This document shows, piece after piece, positions 1 through 12,986 of a stretch of DNA of 64,000 bases (its first letter is position 1; each line of letters begins with the position of its first letter). The DNA comes from Tricharina praecox (taxonomy: Eukaryota). The stretch lies in NCBI RefSeq assembly GCF_024521635.1, contig NW_026250433.1, positions 62,001 through 126,000 of the forward strand. Reading direction: 5' to 3'. The position numbers and the translations under genes are program-made. The notes under the pieces were generated by a model. It saw only the letters and a list, made by a program, of their open reading frames with translations, was not told where the DNA came from and made no database searches.

Positions 1-414
1 ACGTTTATCTAATCATTAACAGTGATTAACAGTGATTATTGATTAATCCGTCGACCGGAGACTCGAGAGGTCATCCCAAGTCTATCCCAATCCCAGCTGT
101 ACTGTACTGTACAAAACTGCACTCTACTGTACTGCTGTATATAGGCGAGCGAGCGAGCGAGCGGCTGGAGAATAGCCACTCCACCTTTACCTCCACAATC
201 TCGATCCCCATCCCCCGGGCTGTATCCAGCAGGCAGGCAAGCAGGCAGGCAGGGGTTGCAGGAAGCGGTGGGATGTGGATGTGGAGTGGATGTGAGGAGA
301 AAGTGCTGAAGATCCACCACCACCAGCAGCAACCAGAAATCACCAGCAACCACCAACACTGCGAGACTGAAAGACCAAGAGACCGAGAGATCCTGCAGCA
401 TCAGCAGCCGTCCT

Positions 415-503
415 AACCAGCCAGCCAACCAACCAACCAACCCTCAACTAACCAACCCTCAACCAACCAATCCTCAACCAACCCTCAACCCTCAACCAAC
501 CCC
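415..503. repeat. (CAAC)n/(CAACCCT)n low-complexity microsatellite
   Basis: Directly visible. Confidence 0.8.
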
Positions 504-3500
504 GGTCGCGATCAGTACTCAACTACTGATGGGCGGGGATTCACGCGCCACCTGTGATTCTGTGGAGATTTTGTTCGAAGTCCGAACCCTTGCCTTGCCT
601 TGCCTGCGGAATATACCTACTTTCTCTCTGCTATACCCAAGCTCCAACGGTATACGAGCGTCCGCCGGCTGTGTGTACTCTGCGTATGATATGCGGGCCA
701 ATTTAGCCGATGCGTGTGTGCAGCGAACACCTAGGCACTCTATGTCCGCTCACTCGCGAGTCGCGGTTGTGTTAGGAATTCTTTTTTTCCCGCTTCTCTT
801 CTCATCTCATCCCATGGCTGCTGTTGGCCTCTCCTCTCCTCCCCCCGCAGGTTCGGACCACTTTGTCTTGGGGTGGAGGCGAAGGGAGGGAGGGGTGCTG
901 GGGCGATCCTTTGCTCCAGGGGGGTGGTTCTCTTTTTTTCTCTCTTTCCCCCCGATCCGACCGGCGACTAATTACCCACTTACCTAGAGAACCTACGTGC
1001 CACTCTAGAGAGAGTACTCTACATGCGCGGCGAACGAAGAGAAGAGAACGAGGAGAACGAGGAGATGTACGGTGCATGGCGCATGCATGCTGAAGTTACA
1101 GATTCAGGTTCAGGTTCAGGTTCGTATATACCCCGCGGCGCGCGTGGGCTAGGTACTCTAGTTACGCACTTACGCACGCCGCTAGGGAGAGTAGGCGGAA
1201 TGTCCGAAGCCACTAGAGTAGTTCGTTAACTAGGAGCGAGCGCGCAGGCACTGCTGGGAAATTCGAGGCGGTAAGGCGCTTGTGCTTGTGCTTGTGCTTG
1301 TGCTCGGGCTTGGGAGGGCGCGATGGGTGCGATGGCCGATGGCCGATGTTTCAAACTTTCGACGAGCCAAGGGAGGTGGCCTGAAATGAAGGAGTTCGAA
1401 GCGGGTGCATTTCGTATGCCCTTCGCGCGCACACAGCGCACATGACGCGGAACGTCCGGGAAACGACCGACGGCCGCCGACTAACCAACCAATTAGGCGC
1501 GAATGGAACGGGGGGGCAGGTACTAACTACGGTAGTATGTATGATAGATGATTCCTCGCCCGTGCCGTCATCATGGATGCCTAGAGTATATAGAGCCTTA
1601 GACGGTGAGGTGAGTGAGTGAGTGACCGAGCGAGTGAGTATTCCGCAATCTACTCTAGCAAAACGCTCCCCCTTGCCGCGGTCGGCTGCTCCACGTTACA
1701 TAGAGTACCTACACACCGGATACGACGAAGCGATGTGCCGCTCGAAGCCCCGAACCCTTGCAAGTTGCCCCTAGTGGCAGTGGGGGCGCGCTCCTTGTGC
1801 ACGCCTGAAGGCTGATACTCTACAGCTGATACAATTGAGCCGACGTCGAGCAGAGTATCGCCGGTCGAGGCGGGTGCGCTTGGGGGGTGTGGTGCCCTAG
1901 TACTAGCAGCTTCCTTCCCCCCAAGCCCCGTGAGCAGTGGGGCCAGTCCAGCACTCCGTCTGCTGGAACTTCCATTACCAGCTCCGTGGGGGGAAAGGTG
2001 CTGCATAAGTTTATGCAGGCCGTAGAGTAGTGTAACTGCTATGCACCGTTTGAATGGGGGGTGCGGGGTCCCATCAAAGCTGAAAATTATGCTGCCGATC
2101 CCAGGATCAATGATCAATCGGATGAAGCGCAAGCGCAGGGTCCGCACCACACCCACTCACAGCGCACAAACCGCACACCACACCGCACACCGCATACCGC
2201 ATACCGCCCACCGCATACCACACACCACACACCACACACACTTCGCTCGCAACAGCCCACCGCCTTGGCTGTGGAAACACCAAGCACCACCACCACCACC
2301 ACCCAACGTGGGAGAGTTTGAAACAAGCACCGACCCAGCACTAGGTACCTAGCAGTGGGGAATGGGAATGTGCAGAAACATATGACGACAAGCTCAATCC
2401 TCCAAGTCGCTTCTCACTTTTACATATCTTTACCGGAGTAAGCCCAGCCTAGCCCACTGAGCCCACTGAGCCCATCATCCGAAGCGGGGCGGGGCGGGGC
2501 AGACCCGACAATAGACGCAACATGACTGGATCGCGGAAGAGGTCGGCTGAGCGTGATTAAGTGATGACCGTGCATAGGTAGAAAGCACGAGCGAAGAAAA
2601 GGTTTTCGCATACGGGGAGCCCCGTTAATCCCACACGCCCAATCAAAGCCGCCCAGCCGACCTGCCAGCCAGCCAACCGACCCGAAATTGTTTTAATTTT
2701 TTTCCTTTCCAAAAAGAGAAAAGAGGCCCATGTCTCATCGTTGTAGGTACAGGCACAGTCGGATACGAAGGAACGAAAAAATGCTCCCAGTCGAGTCGTC
2801 TAGGTATGCCGCCTGCCGCCTCTCCCACTGCCTGCCCAGAAGCTAAGTTCTCGGACATGATGCTCCCCACACCCAGTGCTGTGCGCGTTCATTGCCGCTT
2901 ATGGCCCCTCGTTCCGTGCGAGTGCGAGTGTGAGTTCTGAACCTCGCCGCCCCAGTCCCAGTCCAGTTACGAATACCGGTATCGCCACTAGTTGGTAGTT
3001 AGACGCGGCGTCCGCGCCGCCGCCGACGACGAGAGCGGAACCCCCCGTTTCCTCCGTCGCGTGATAGTGTAGTTTATGTACTGGTAGGAGCTTGCATGAC
3101 GCTGTTTTGGACTGTTCTTCGGCCGCGCCGCCGCGGGTGTGGTGTCGGCGCGCGTGTGGTTTCGGCGGGACCAGAGACGGATAGTTAGCGACAGGGATGT
3201 GATGTGAATAGCCGAGTGATGGTTGTGATGCAGCCGTGATGCAGACAGGGTGTACTCTAGCCATGATTCAGCCGCGAGTCTGGGAGCTCGCGACTGGCGA
3301 GTGAGCGCTACAACCGCGAGCACCGCGGGCACTGAGAGTACCGAGAGTAGCGGTTAGAAGACCGTGGAAGACCGTAGAAGCTGAGAATTGACGGACGATA
3401 CATAGCGCAGGCAAGTCGGAGTCGACGTCCACAGTCCACTCTCTGCCGCCGTACAGTCAAGGCTAACTGTTCTCTGCGAAATACAATGAATCCGGGATCT

Positions 3501-3528
3501 CGAAATGACTACCGGGGTGGCAGAGTGA

Positions 3529-3684
3529 GGGAGGAGCTGTTAGCGAGAGGAGAAAGTAATGGAGGAGCTGTCGGCGAGCGGAGGAAGTGAAGGAGGACTC
3601 CCGTCGGCGAGAGAAACCGAATGTGGTTAGCAGTGGGTATCAACGTTGGTCGGCATCAACGTTGGTAGGCATCAACGTTGACGG
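3529..3684. repeat. Adjacent minisatellites: ~31-bp unit x3 and 16-bp unit x3
   Basis: GGAGGAGCTGT..GCGAG.GGAG.AAGT recurs, followed by GG(T/C)ATCAACGTTG x3. Confidence 0.7.
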
Positions 3685-6600
3685 CCATGGCGTGGTCTTC
3701 TTCTTCTACTTCTTTCTCGATCATCCTCTAACTATAGAATAGACGATCAACCCCTATCTCCTCTTTCTTTTGTGTGTGCTCTCCTCTCGATCCAGCCTCC
3801 GGCCTGGAGAGGTGTTTGCAAAAGAGCCGTCTGCAAACCGCCGTCCAGTGGCGGCTGATTCTCCTCTTCGAAAACACGAAAACCCAACGGATCTGCAAAC
3901 GACTACCCTACGGTACGTACCAGGCCCGCGGGTTTCCCTCCGGATACGGAATACCAAGGCATCGCCGCTGGGCTGACAGTGCACTTATACACACACATAC
4001 GTACTTACGTGATTCCCGAGCCAGCGAGTTTCAGATCCCCACCCGCACGGAAATCACAGCGCGGAAATCACAACGCGGTTGTAAGGAGAAACAGCGATGG
4101 ATATGGAGATGCACATTGCACATACATGCCTATCAGGGGAAGGGAGCGAAAACAGGCCAGGGACCCTACCTAACCTACGACGGTTGACAGAACTGGTAGG
4201 TTTCGGTTCCGGTTCCGGTACCCGGATGATGGCCGCTGGCAGGGGGGAAAGACTCTCCGAAGCTGGCAATCTCCTTTCCAAATTCTGGCTGATCCTCGTC
4301 ATGAATGTGCGTGGTGGTGGTGGTGGCAGTCTTTAGGCCGGTGATCACCGACTGCCATGGTGTCTCTCTCTCGAAGGAAGGTGGGTGGGTGGTAGCCTGG
4401 TACATAGGGTCCCACCGCGCCGCTTTATTACCTGTGCCTGTACCTGTACCTGACCCGTACCCACTGGTCGGCTTCAGGATGGCTTTCTCCTTCCAGATCG
4501 TCCTGTAGCACTCTACGGATCCGGCTGACGTCATCCTAAAGATGCTATGATTGGCGGCGTGAGGGAAATCGCGCCGACACACACACATTCGTTCGAACCG
4601 AGCGAGGGAGGGATGGATGCAGCTCTGCCTTAGCTATCGGCCGTCTATGGTACATACATATCGCCACTTGCTCCACCGCAGCCACCAACTAATCCCTCCC
4701 TTCCCTTTCCTTTCTACTACGATGTCTTGCGCAGCTAAAGTGCAAGCTCACGCCAAAAGTTCACTTTCTTACCTTATGTACCTACCTAGTCTCTTGATGG
4801 TGGAATGGGGGGTGGCTGCATTCACATCCAAAGCCACCCACCGAGTAGGACGCCCCCCACCAAAGGTCGATCTGCACACGTGCAAATCTCCGAGTAGGTA
4901 TCTAGCGGACGTGTAGTGTAAGCATCCATGAACCCACAGCCATGGCTTCCTTCGTCCCAGCACAGCCTTGCGCGCGCAGCGGCGCAGGATGTCAGCCGAC
5001 TCTCCGCTCGGATAAATCCCAAACCAAACCTGTGGCCTGCCATTCCCGTCAGGCTAGATGCGTAGCTAGTCGCTCTCTTAGTCCGGTGAGACGGTGCTGC
5101 TGCGCTGGTGAGGCAGAGGGGAGGAGGGGAGGACGAGGGAAACGCCGGAATGAGGCGTCAAAGGCGCGCTTGTTGCTTATTGCTGGTTGATTGTTGGCCC
5201 CAACGCTCCGGAAGGGGATGGTTCACGCGCATCGCTCTGTCCAACCATGTCCGGCCTTGGGGGAGTGAGACGATTTCGAGTCTGCTGGAGGGGGGTGCGG
5301 CAGACAACTTCAGTCTTCAGGCTTCTTCTGGCCCGTGGTGAGCGCAGAACAGCAGAACATGTGGACGTGGGAATCCACATATGTTCTTTGCTCGAGCGGA
5401 ACCGGTTCTGTCACAAATTCTTCATCTGCGGATAGGTTTGCAACTTTCTCCTCCCCTCCTCCTCCTCACATCATCACCATCATCATCATCAATCCTGTTC
5501 AAACGGCCAGCAATCCAGCCAGCGAGCCAGCTGGATAACCACATACCGACCAAGTCCCTCATGCGCGTGTTTGCCTTGCTTTGAACAACAGACAACACCA
5601 ATCTGTGCCAAGGATCCATTGCGCTGGCATTTCCGGTCCGTGGTGAACTAATTCGTTACGTCGACGACAAGTCCCATCTCGGTGAGGGCGTGCTGTGAGG
5701 ATCCACACATACATGGTTGGGTGGTGGGTACCGTAGGTCCGTAGGTAGGTACTTAGGAAAGGAAGGGTGTGTGTCGGCGTCGTCATACGTACTTTGTTGC
5801 TCACACACCTCACCTCACACCTCGATTCTCGTGACAGCCACTCAGCTCAGTGCTGTCGCTTGTGGGGGATAACTTACGCCCGGCCGATGGCGCCGCGCGC
5901 AGGCGGCAGTTGAGCTAATGTCTCGGTGTGTGTGATGCGTGTGTGGGTTGGGTGGGTTGGGTGGGTCTGACCTAGTGGAGGGAGGGGGGGAAGGGTGATC
6001 ATTCGCCGGTGACACGTAGAGTGCAAACGCAAGGGCTCTTCCCCTCGACCAGGACCCCGGGGACGCTGGGGGAGTTGGACTTGGGACATTGTGACCTGAT
6101 CATGATGACGATGGTGAATGATACATTCCCACTCGCCCCACCACCCCCCCCCCCCCCCCCCCCGCCAGAGCTCCAATCGTGTTTGGCTGTGAAGAACAAT
6201 GGGCTGTATGTATGTATCTATGTACGTACAAGACGGATTTTTTTTTGCACTTTCGATTGATGCAACTCGCATACATGCAATCCACTTTGTCCTCTTCACT
6301 TGCAGCCTGTGGTGGAAGAAGAAAGGAAGGGGGAGGATAAGGATATATGCGAGGCCTAGGCGAAGAGGGAGGGGGGGTGCGGGACGTGTGCCAACTCGGT
6401 GGAAGCCAGAAGGGATGTTTGCTGTGGATACATAGACACATACTAAAAACCTACATAAGTAGGTAGTTTTGGTCTTCCGCGGCACACGCGATAGAAAAGG
6501 GGGGTCCCAGAGTCCCACGGCGTGTTGTCGTGGGCCACACTGCGCCGCTTTTCCCGCCGGCCCTTGCAGTGGAGTGACTCGAGCTTAGTTAGGCCACCTC

Positions 6601-9136
6601 CCAGGGTCTAACTAAGCCGCGGGTCAGAACACAACATGCAGCCGTTCCCACCACCAGGTGCGATTTCCCATGTATAGTAGCGCCGCTTACGGTTACGTCG
6701 GATCACGCGCAAGAGTGACCCTAGTTAGAGTAGGCCGGCCGCGGCCTGGACGCAAGAAACAGACGCAACCCAAGGCATGAGCCCCGCGTCCTGCGGCTGG
6801 CCACAAAACCGGAACGATGACCAAACACACCCCTACTACTCTATGTGAATACGTTAAGTACCTATATATCATAGAATCACTAATCTGAGCTGGGAAAGGG
6901 TGAGTAGGTGGGAGGGAGGGAAGGGGTGTATGTATGTAAGTGTGTACAGTAGGTATAGTGTGTATGAGGTATGTACTCGATTTCGATTCGCATCCCTAAT
7001 CCAACCCATCTCCGTGGAGGTACGCCCCTGTACGATGTACGAGCTATCCGAATACATCCCCAAAGTGCAAGAAAAAAGGAAATAAATAAATAAAACAAGA
7101 GAGGGAAAAAATAAAAATGAATAATAAATAAAAATGAATTACGGCTGCGGTTAGTTCTAAGCAGCCCCGCGTCTCTCGGCGTTAGCGTTGCTTGCGAGCT
7201 GCTATCCTCGTTGGCTAGGGTACGGAGCTCTCCTCCATCCTCACCTCAGTGTTCGCAGGGTGACGATTCTGTGTGGAATTGGCATCCACCCTCTCTCTGC
7301 CCCCCCCCCATTCGGATTGCATATGCACTACACCTCTGCTGTGCGTTTGCTGCTGCTGATACCGGTCAACACAAGACGGAATGATATCAGCAACGCAGCA
7401 AGCAGCAAGCACACATGGTGCAGATGAACGGAAGCAGCAGCTGCTCGTAGGCAGGCAAGCAAGCAGCCAGGCAGGTTGAGTAGAGTAGGTGATGTGCAGT
7501 GGACGGCACAGTAATCTCCTCTCCTCTCCTCTCTCCCACGCACGCACACATGCATGCACTGCGTCTCGTGCCTTGAAGCCTGAGTGACCAATCCTCCTCG
7601 CCGTCATGGACAGCGCCCTCCCCTCCCCCCCTCCCCGCCTCCTGGAGGGCCGAAATCATTCCCGCGCGAGAGTGACCGGCCATGATGTGTACTTACACTG
7701 CAAAGCCTAGACGGGACCAGGCCACGTCGTCATAACTATGTACACACGCCGATATGTTTTCCGTCTTGCGTGAGCGGTACGGTACGGTGCTTGGTGGCTG
7801 CCTTTGGCGTCTGCTTGTGGCAGCTGCCGGGAGAAGAGCGCTGGGCGGTGGGCGGTGGTAGCGCAGGGGCTGCGGCTTGTTTAGGTAGTTGGATGACATG
7901 GCTCATTGAGGGAAGCGGGGGGAGGGGGGGTTAGCCTTTGTGGTGCGCGCGGAATGCGATTCCCCGTGAAACCAACGAGACCATTTTTCCCCCTCCGTGA
8001 GTACCGTGGTGACGACGGGCGGCTGCGCGCTTGCAGCATCCTTCACCGGGTCCACGGAATCTCACTCGGCGCGCCTTCGCCGGCGCTTTGGATGACACAT
8101 AGGGTTTCATTTCCATCGCATCCGTAGCCCGCGATAGATTTGCCGCGTGGCTTGTGATCCGCATTTCGCGCAGCCGACCGGAGCAAACACCTGTGACGAG
8201 GCGACAGCGCAGCCGTACGAGTGATCCGGCCTGAGTCTGCACCGTCTGACGCAGTGACACAACTGCAATGCCCAAAACTCCAATCTTTGAGTGGCGGTAC
8301 CGTATCAGCCTAGCCAATCCTGTACCTTCACTGTGCTGGCTTCAGGCGGCGACTGGGTAATTGTGACGTTGCGACCGGGGGGCAGAAGAGGCGCCGATCT
8401 CGGCTACAGATCTCGATATCAGCCTTATGCGCAGGCATTTCATTGCAAGGGCCAGCTCTGGGCTCACTGGCCACGCTACGTCATACCGGGGGGGTGGGGG
8501 AGTGGGGACGTACTTAGCTTCTCGAGGAAGAACGGGCCGAGAGGGTGACGCACATACCATCACTCGGAGAATCCTTGAGAGCGCTGCACCCCCGAGGGTG
8601 CAGATGGACGTGAATCCCAGTAGAAATAGAGGTCTGAGTTGGCGCGAGTCGCCCGGTTCGATTTGCTCCCGCCCTCCCGCCGCGTGCAAATGCGGAGCGC
8701 GAGAGTGAGAGTACGAATGAGAGTGATGACTCGTGAACGGCTACAAGTGTGTGTGTGTGTGTGCGCGTCCGTACAGCTATTCCCGCACGTCGTCATCTAT
8801 CGGCTCGTCGACTCCGTCCGCGTACATGACATGTACGTATCCGTGCAATGAGTGTTGCATGTTCGACATTGCGAAGGTCGCGTAGCGCGCTTCTTATACC
8901 TATTGTGAGGTCCTTCCGGATGCTCGTTACCATCCCAGTGGCCACTGTCTTCTGGTGGACCAGGAGCGTGGTGTGTTGTGTGACGGCCACGGTTTCGTCT
9001 GCTCTTTGCGAATCTTCCGGATCCTCCGGTCGGCAACAATTGCTATCCGAGTTCCGCGTCCCGCGCGCGCCTCGGGATCACTGGCGCGCACTCGGCGAAT
9101 GGGTAGGCGAGGGCGGGAAGAGAGAGTGATGGGTAA

Positions 9137-9173
9137 AGGCCGCATGCGACAATAAATTGATGTTCTCTCTCTC
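9137..9173 (+). repeat. Short dispersed repeat, copy 1 (possible 3' tail of a non-LTR retroelement)
   Basis: AGGCCGCATGCGACAATAAATTGATGTTCTCTC is nearly identical to 46469-46501. It is flanked by TGATGGGTAA and TGATGGTAA. Confidence 0.6.
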
Positions 9174-9695
9174 TGATGGTAACTATTATATCCGGTGCAA
9201 AGCCTCGGCATACCACTACGGCTCGGGGTGACGTGTGAATACGGGTTGGATCGCGTGCTCGATGTTTCGAGGATCAAGGGTGATTACGAACGAACGAAAG
9301 ATGATCCGGACGTCAAGGTCGATGTAAGCGCCATTACATGCTCCACCACTGGAAGAGACAAAAGAACGAAGCAAAGTAACCGTAGATCAAACAAAAAACA
9401 CGTAAAACGGCGTATCGCATCAAGCAAGACAAGCTGACAGTAACAGCAGCAACACGAAAGTCGTCGTCCGCCCCGCTCTCCGACGCAGCAGTAAAACAAA
9501 AACAAAAACGACCCAGAACCCATTCCCTATCAATACACTACCCTCCACTGGCGGCACTCGAGCACGTGAAGAAGGCCGAAGATTACATTTTCGTGGCGGC
9601 GAAGGAACAGGAACTGCACTTCCACGCACCATCATCCCTTCCGTCGTATCCGGCTCCAGCAGCGAGAGCACTTCTCCTCTGGCAACCGATGGTTC

Positions 9696-10502
9696 CTACG
9701 CGGTCTTTTGCCATGCCGCCTTGAGGCCCAAGTAACTGCTGATGGCACCAGCAACACCGACGACGCCCTCGTCGAAGCCGGTGAGTCCCAGCCCAGTAGC
9801 GGGGAGGATGATGTCGCAGCTGTCCTGCAGCAACTGAGTTTGTAGCTTCGCGCGATCCTTGCGGATCTTCTCTCCCTCGAGTTTACCGTTCGCCACGGTC
9901 TTGATGATGCGGCTCTCGCGCTCCTGCATGGCTTGCAACTGGTACAGCGAGTGCACGATGCTAGCGGCGATTCCCGTCATCCACAGCTTCTGCGCATTGC
10001 GGTTTAAGCGCGCTTGCGTGATGGGCGACATAGTGATGATCTTTGTCGACGCGAAGAAACCGACGGTGTCGAGGGTGAGGTACCCCGCGTAACCGATTTG
10101 GCGCAATGCGGTCAAGTATTTAGCGACCGGTGTTAGCGTCTTTGAGTCGAGGGCCTATACATTCGTGCGGGGTTTAAGTTAGCACGGCTGACCGGGCTAA
10201 TCAGGGGGGGTGCCAATCAGGCATCTATCTAGGGGAAAGGAGGTACGTACCTCGCTCGCGGCTTTCATGTGCTCGACGTTCTTGCCGATACGCATGGCCT
10301 TTCGTGCCTGGCCAAAGGTCTTCTTGATGGCATCCCACGGCGCGATCGAGGAGGCGGCGTAGCCCTTGCGGAGGAGGTACCAGCTGAGAAATCGGGCCAT
10401 GTACTGGACCAGACGGAGGGCCTTGTCGCGGCCGACGGTTGTGGCCACGAAGCGAAGGTAGTGGGCCAGTGTAGGGTGGTAAGTGAGTGTGTCGGCAACC
10501 AT
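9696..10502 (-). CDS. PEX11: Peroxisomal membrane protein Pex11, 2 exons (10502-10251, 10154-9696), ~236 aa
   Basis: N-terminus MVADTLTYHPTLAHYLRFVATTVGRDKALRLVQY..RF, then RKAMRIGKNVEH and QLLQDSCDIILP..WQKTA, all typical of fungal Pex11. The intron GTACGT..GCTAAC..TAG (10250-10155) joins two track ORFs in frame. Confidence 0.95.
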
Positions 10503-10683
10503 TTTTGCGGTTTTGTTATTATTTGTGGCGGGGTGGTGGTGGTAATGAGGGATGTGCGATGAAGGATGGAAGATGAGGAGTGGTAGTGGGACGTCGGGTA
10601 TTTGATGTGCGGGTGCGGGTAATGGGTGCTCGGCGACGGTGGTGACGAGGGTGGAGCGTTCATGTGAGAAGCGATGTCATCAA

Positions 10684-10689
10684 CCGAGG
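10684..10689. promoter_or_regulatory. CCGAGG/CCTCGG FarA/FarB-type fatty-acid response element upstream of PEX11
   Basis: Exact hexamer ~180 bp upstream of the PEX11 ATG. CCTCGG is the known FarA/FarB core in peroxisomal gene promoters of filamentous ascomycetes. A single hexamer can occur by chance. Confidence 0.45.
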
Positions 10690-10923
10690 ATAAGGCAACG
10701 CGACCACCTCAAGCATCGCGTCAAGCATCGCCCGATGAAGATGATTAAAAACACCACATTTTACTATTGACTAAAGCTCTAATGTATAGAAAAGAGGATT
10801 ACATTGGAATACCCAACCCGTGTGGATTCTGGATAGCCAGGCGAGTAAGCTGCATCATGTGATGCAGAGTCATATATCATGTCGTAAATGCACTTGGACC
10901 GACCCGACGGCTGAATACCTTTA

Positions 10924-11354
10924 GGGCCCGTTTGGATGTCCTCAGTTTTGGCGAAAACTGTCAGTTTTTCGAGAAACTGAGCAAACTAAACTGTAACCCT
11001 GTTTGGATGGCACAAAAACTGAGAGAAAAAAACTGAAACTGTGCGGCTCCAGCGATGTTACTGGTACTAGCCTCGGGAGCTCATTTTTTGCCGCCACTCA
11101 GTATCGCATTTTAACTTCAACCATGGACTCCCTTTACGGGGAAGAGAAAAAAGCGGGGCCACAATGTGTCCACTATTAAAGTTATGGTGAAGCCTATTAT
11201 TCAAACTTGTGGCTGAGTATACTGAGAACTGCCAAACACTCTGTTCACCTCAAAGTTCCCCGGAAACCGAACTGGACAGTATTCGGTGTCCCGGCGGGGA
11301 ACTGGATTTGGCTCTAAAACTGGAACTGAAAACTGAGGCCATCCAAACGGTCCC
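10924..11354. mobile_element. PIF/Harbinger-type (Tourist-like) MITE, 431 bp
   Basis: 26-bp TIRs, GGGCCCGTTTGGATGTCCTCAGTTTT versus right-end reverse complement GGGACCGTTTGGATGGCCTCAGTTTT (2 mismatches). Flanked by TTA (left) and TAA (right). Many subterminal AAACTG(A) repeats and no ORF. Confidence 0.85.
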
Positions 11355-11690
11355 TAAGAGAAGTAGGATATAGAAAACCAAAACAGTCTAACGTCGGCTA
11401 CGGTGGCTCAGAAGTGCTTCGTTGTTAGATCACCGTGGGTTCCGGTGATTTGGACGAGTCTGACGCGACACCCACAAGCTTTGGGAGGGGGTAGACCGGC
11501 ACAGTATGTACAATACAACAGACATGCCGCCGTATTGCTCTTCGTTGTGATTAATTACAGAGGCTGTCCCAGCAGTCCTTCATGTCGCCTCCACGACGTC
11601 CCCCTCGAGTGCACGAAGCCACCTAATTATGTACATTACAAATGCCAAAATTCATCACTCGAAAACCGCCACCACGCCTCCAAGTTCCAA

Positions 11691-12986
11691 CTATGCCGAG
11701 AGCATTCCATCCTCGTCATGGACCGTCTGCTCTATGACCGTGGTCTTGGTGATCTTGCCCTCGACCGGCACCTGTGCCTTATTCTTATTATGTCCCTGCA
11801 TGATATTCTCCTCGCTCTCGCCCCACCAATCGCCTCCGACGACACCGGTGACGGTCGTGGAAATATCCGCGAGCGGATAGCTATGGGCGGCGTGGAGGTT
11901 CGGAAATGCGCGCGCCATGGTGTGGCGGATCTTCGTCTTCGATCCGCGATGGATGTATTTTGGTGGTGTGCCGTGCGAGGAGTGTTGCAGAGCTAGCCCG
12001 GGCACGTAACGGACCACCAGAGGCGTGAGGGACGGCATGCACGCGATCATGATGCCGACGCCGCACTCGAGGACTGTCCAGAGGTACGAGGTCCACATGT
12101 AATACGTGACATCGTACTCGCTCATGGAGCGGAGGGTGGCGGGGAGACGAGCGATGCTGGCGATGCAAACTCTGTTCGACGAAGTTAGCTAACGGGCTAT
12201 CCATGAGGAAGCGAGCAGCAGCAGTGACATACATGGCACCCAACGCAAAAAGCCCAACGACAAGAATTTTCTGCCGCCGCGGAACTTGTAGCGTCCACAT
12301 CTTCCGGATGGGCAGGCAGTATATCAACAAGTCCGTGACGATATCGAGCCCTGCGTGCGCGATTGCGCCGCCCTGGCGACTCACACACTCCTCGCCGGGG
12401 TAGTTGATGATGTAGACAGCCTTGACGGGCTTGCACTGGAGGACGATGGCCACGGTGAAGCCAACCCCCCAAGTAGCTATCACTGCCATCAACAGGTACA
12501 GAATGCGTTTGTGAGTGCGACTCTGCGTGCCTCCCAGTAGCCGGAGATAGAAGAAGCACATGGACAGCTTCGTGAGCATGAGGCACCACGTCAGGAAGAT
12601 CTCGGCGATCCAGGTGAGCAACAACGACTTTTGCCGCATCTCGAACGGCATGTCCCACACATGATATCCCCACTTGAACCTCATGCACCCTAGTATCGTG
12701 ATTCCGGCAAATCCGTGGAAGAATATCTGCATCCAAGTCAGTACCATCCGGTCATAACAGTGCATGTGGGGACAGGACGTGCCGCCGCTGGAAGGATCAG
12801 CCAATCATCAGCGCCAAAGTTCCGTCGAAAAAACACCCTCGAGTATATCCGCAACGCCAAAGCCATCGCCCCAAGCACCGACAGCACAATTGCCAGTATC
12901 AACAATCCACCCCCTCGTGTCTCCGGGTTGACCAGGTTGGGAGCCGACCATGAGTCGACCACTTCTTGCGGCGGGTCGAGCGCCAT
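11691..12986 (-). CDS. PTH11-like (fungal rhodopsin-family) integral membrane protein without CFEM, 3 exons (12986-12783, 12726-12233, 12171-11691), ~392 aa
   Basis: Motifs LRIYSR..FGADDWLI, GYHVWD, LTKLSMCFFYLRL, QCKP, DIVTDLLIYCLPI, CIASIARL, WTVLECGVGIMIACMPSL. The exons join in frame using one GC-AG and one GT-AG intron. Confidence 0.9.
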
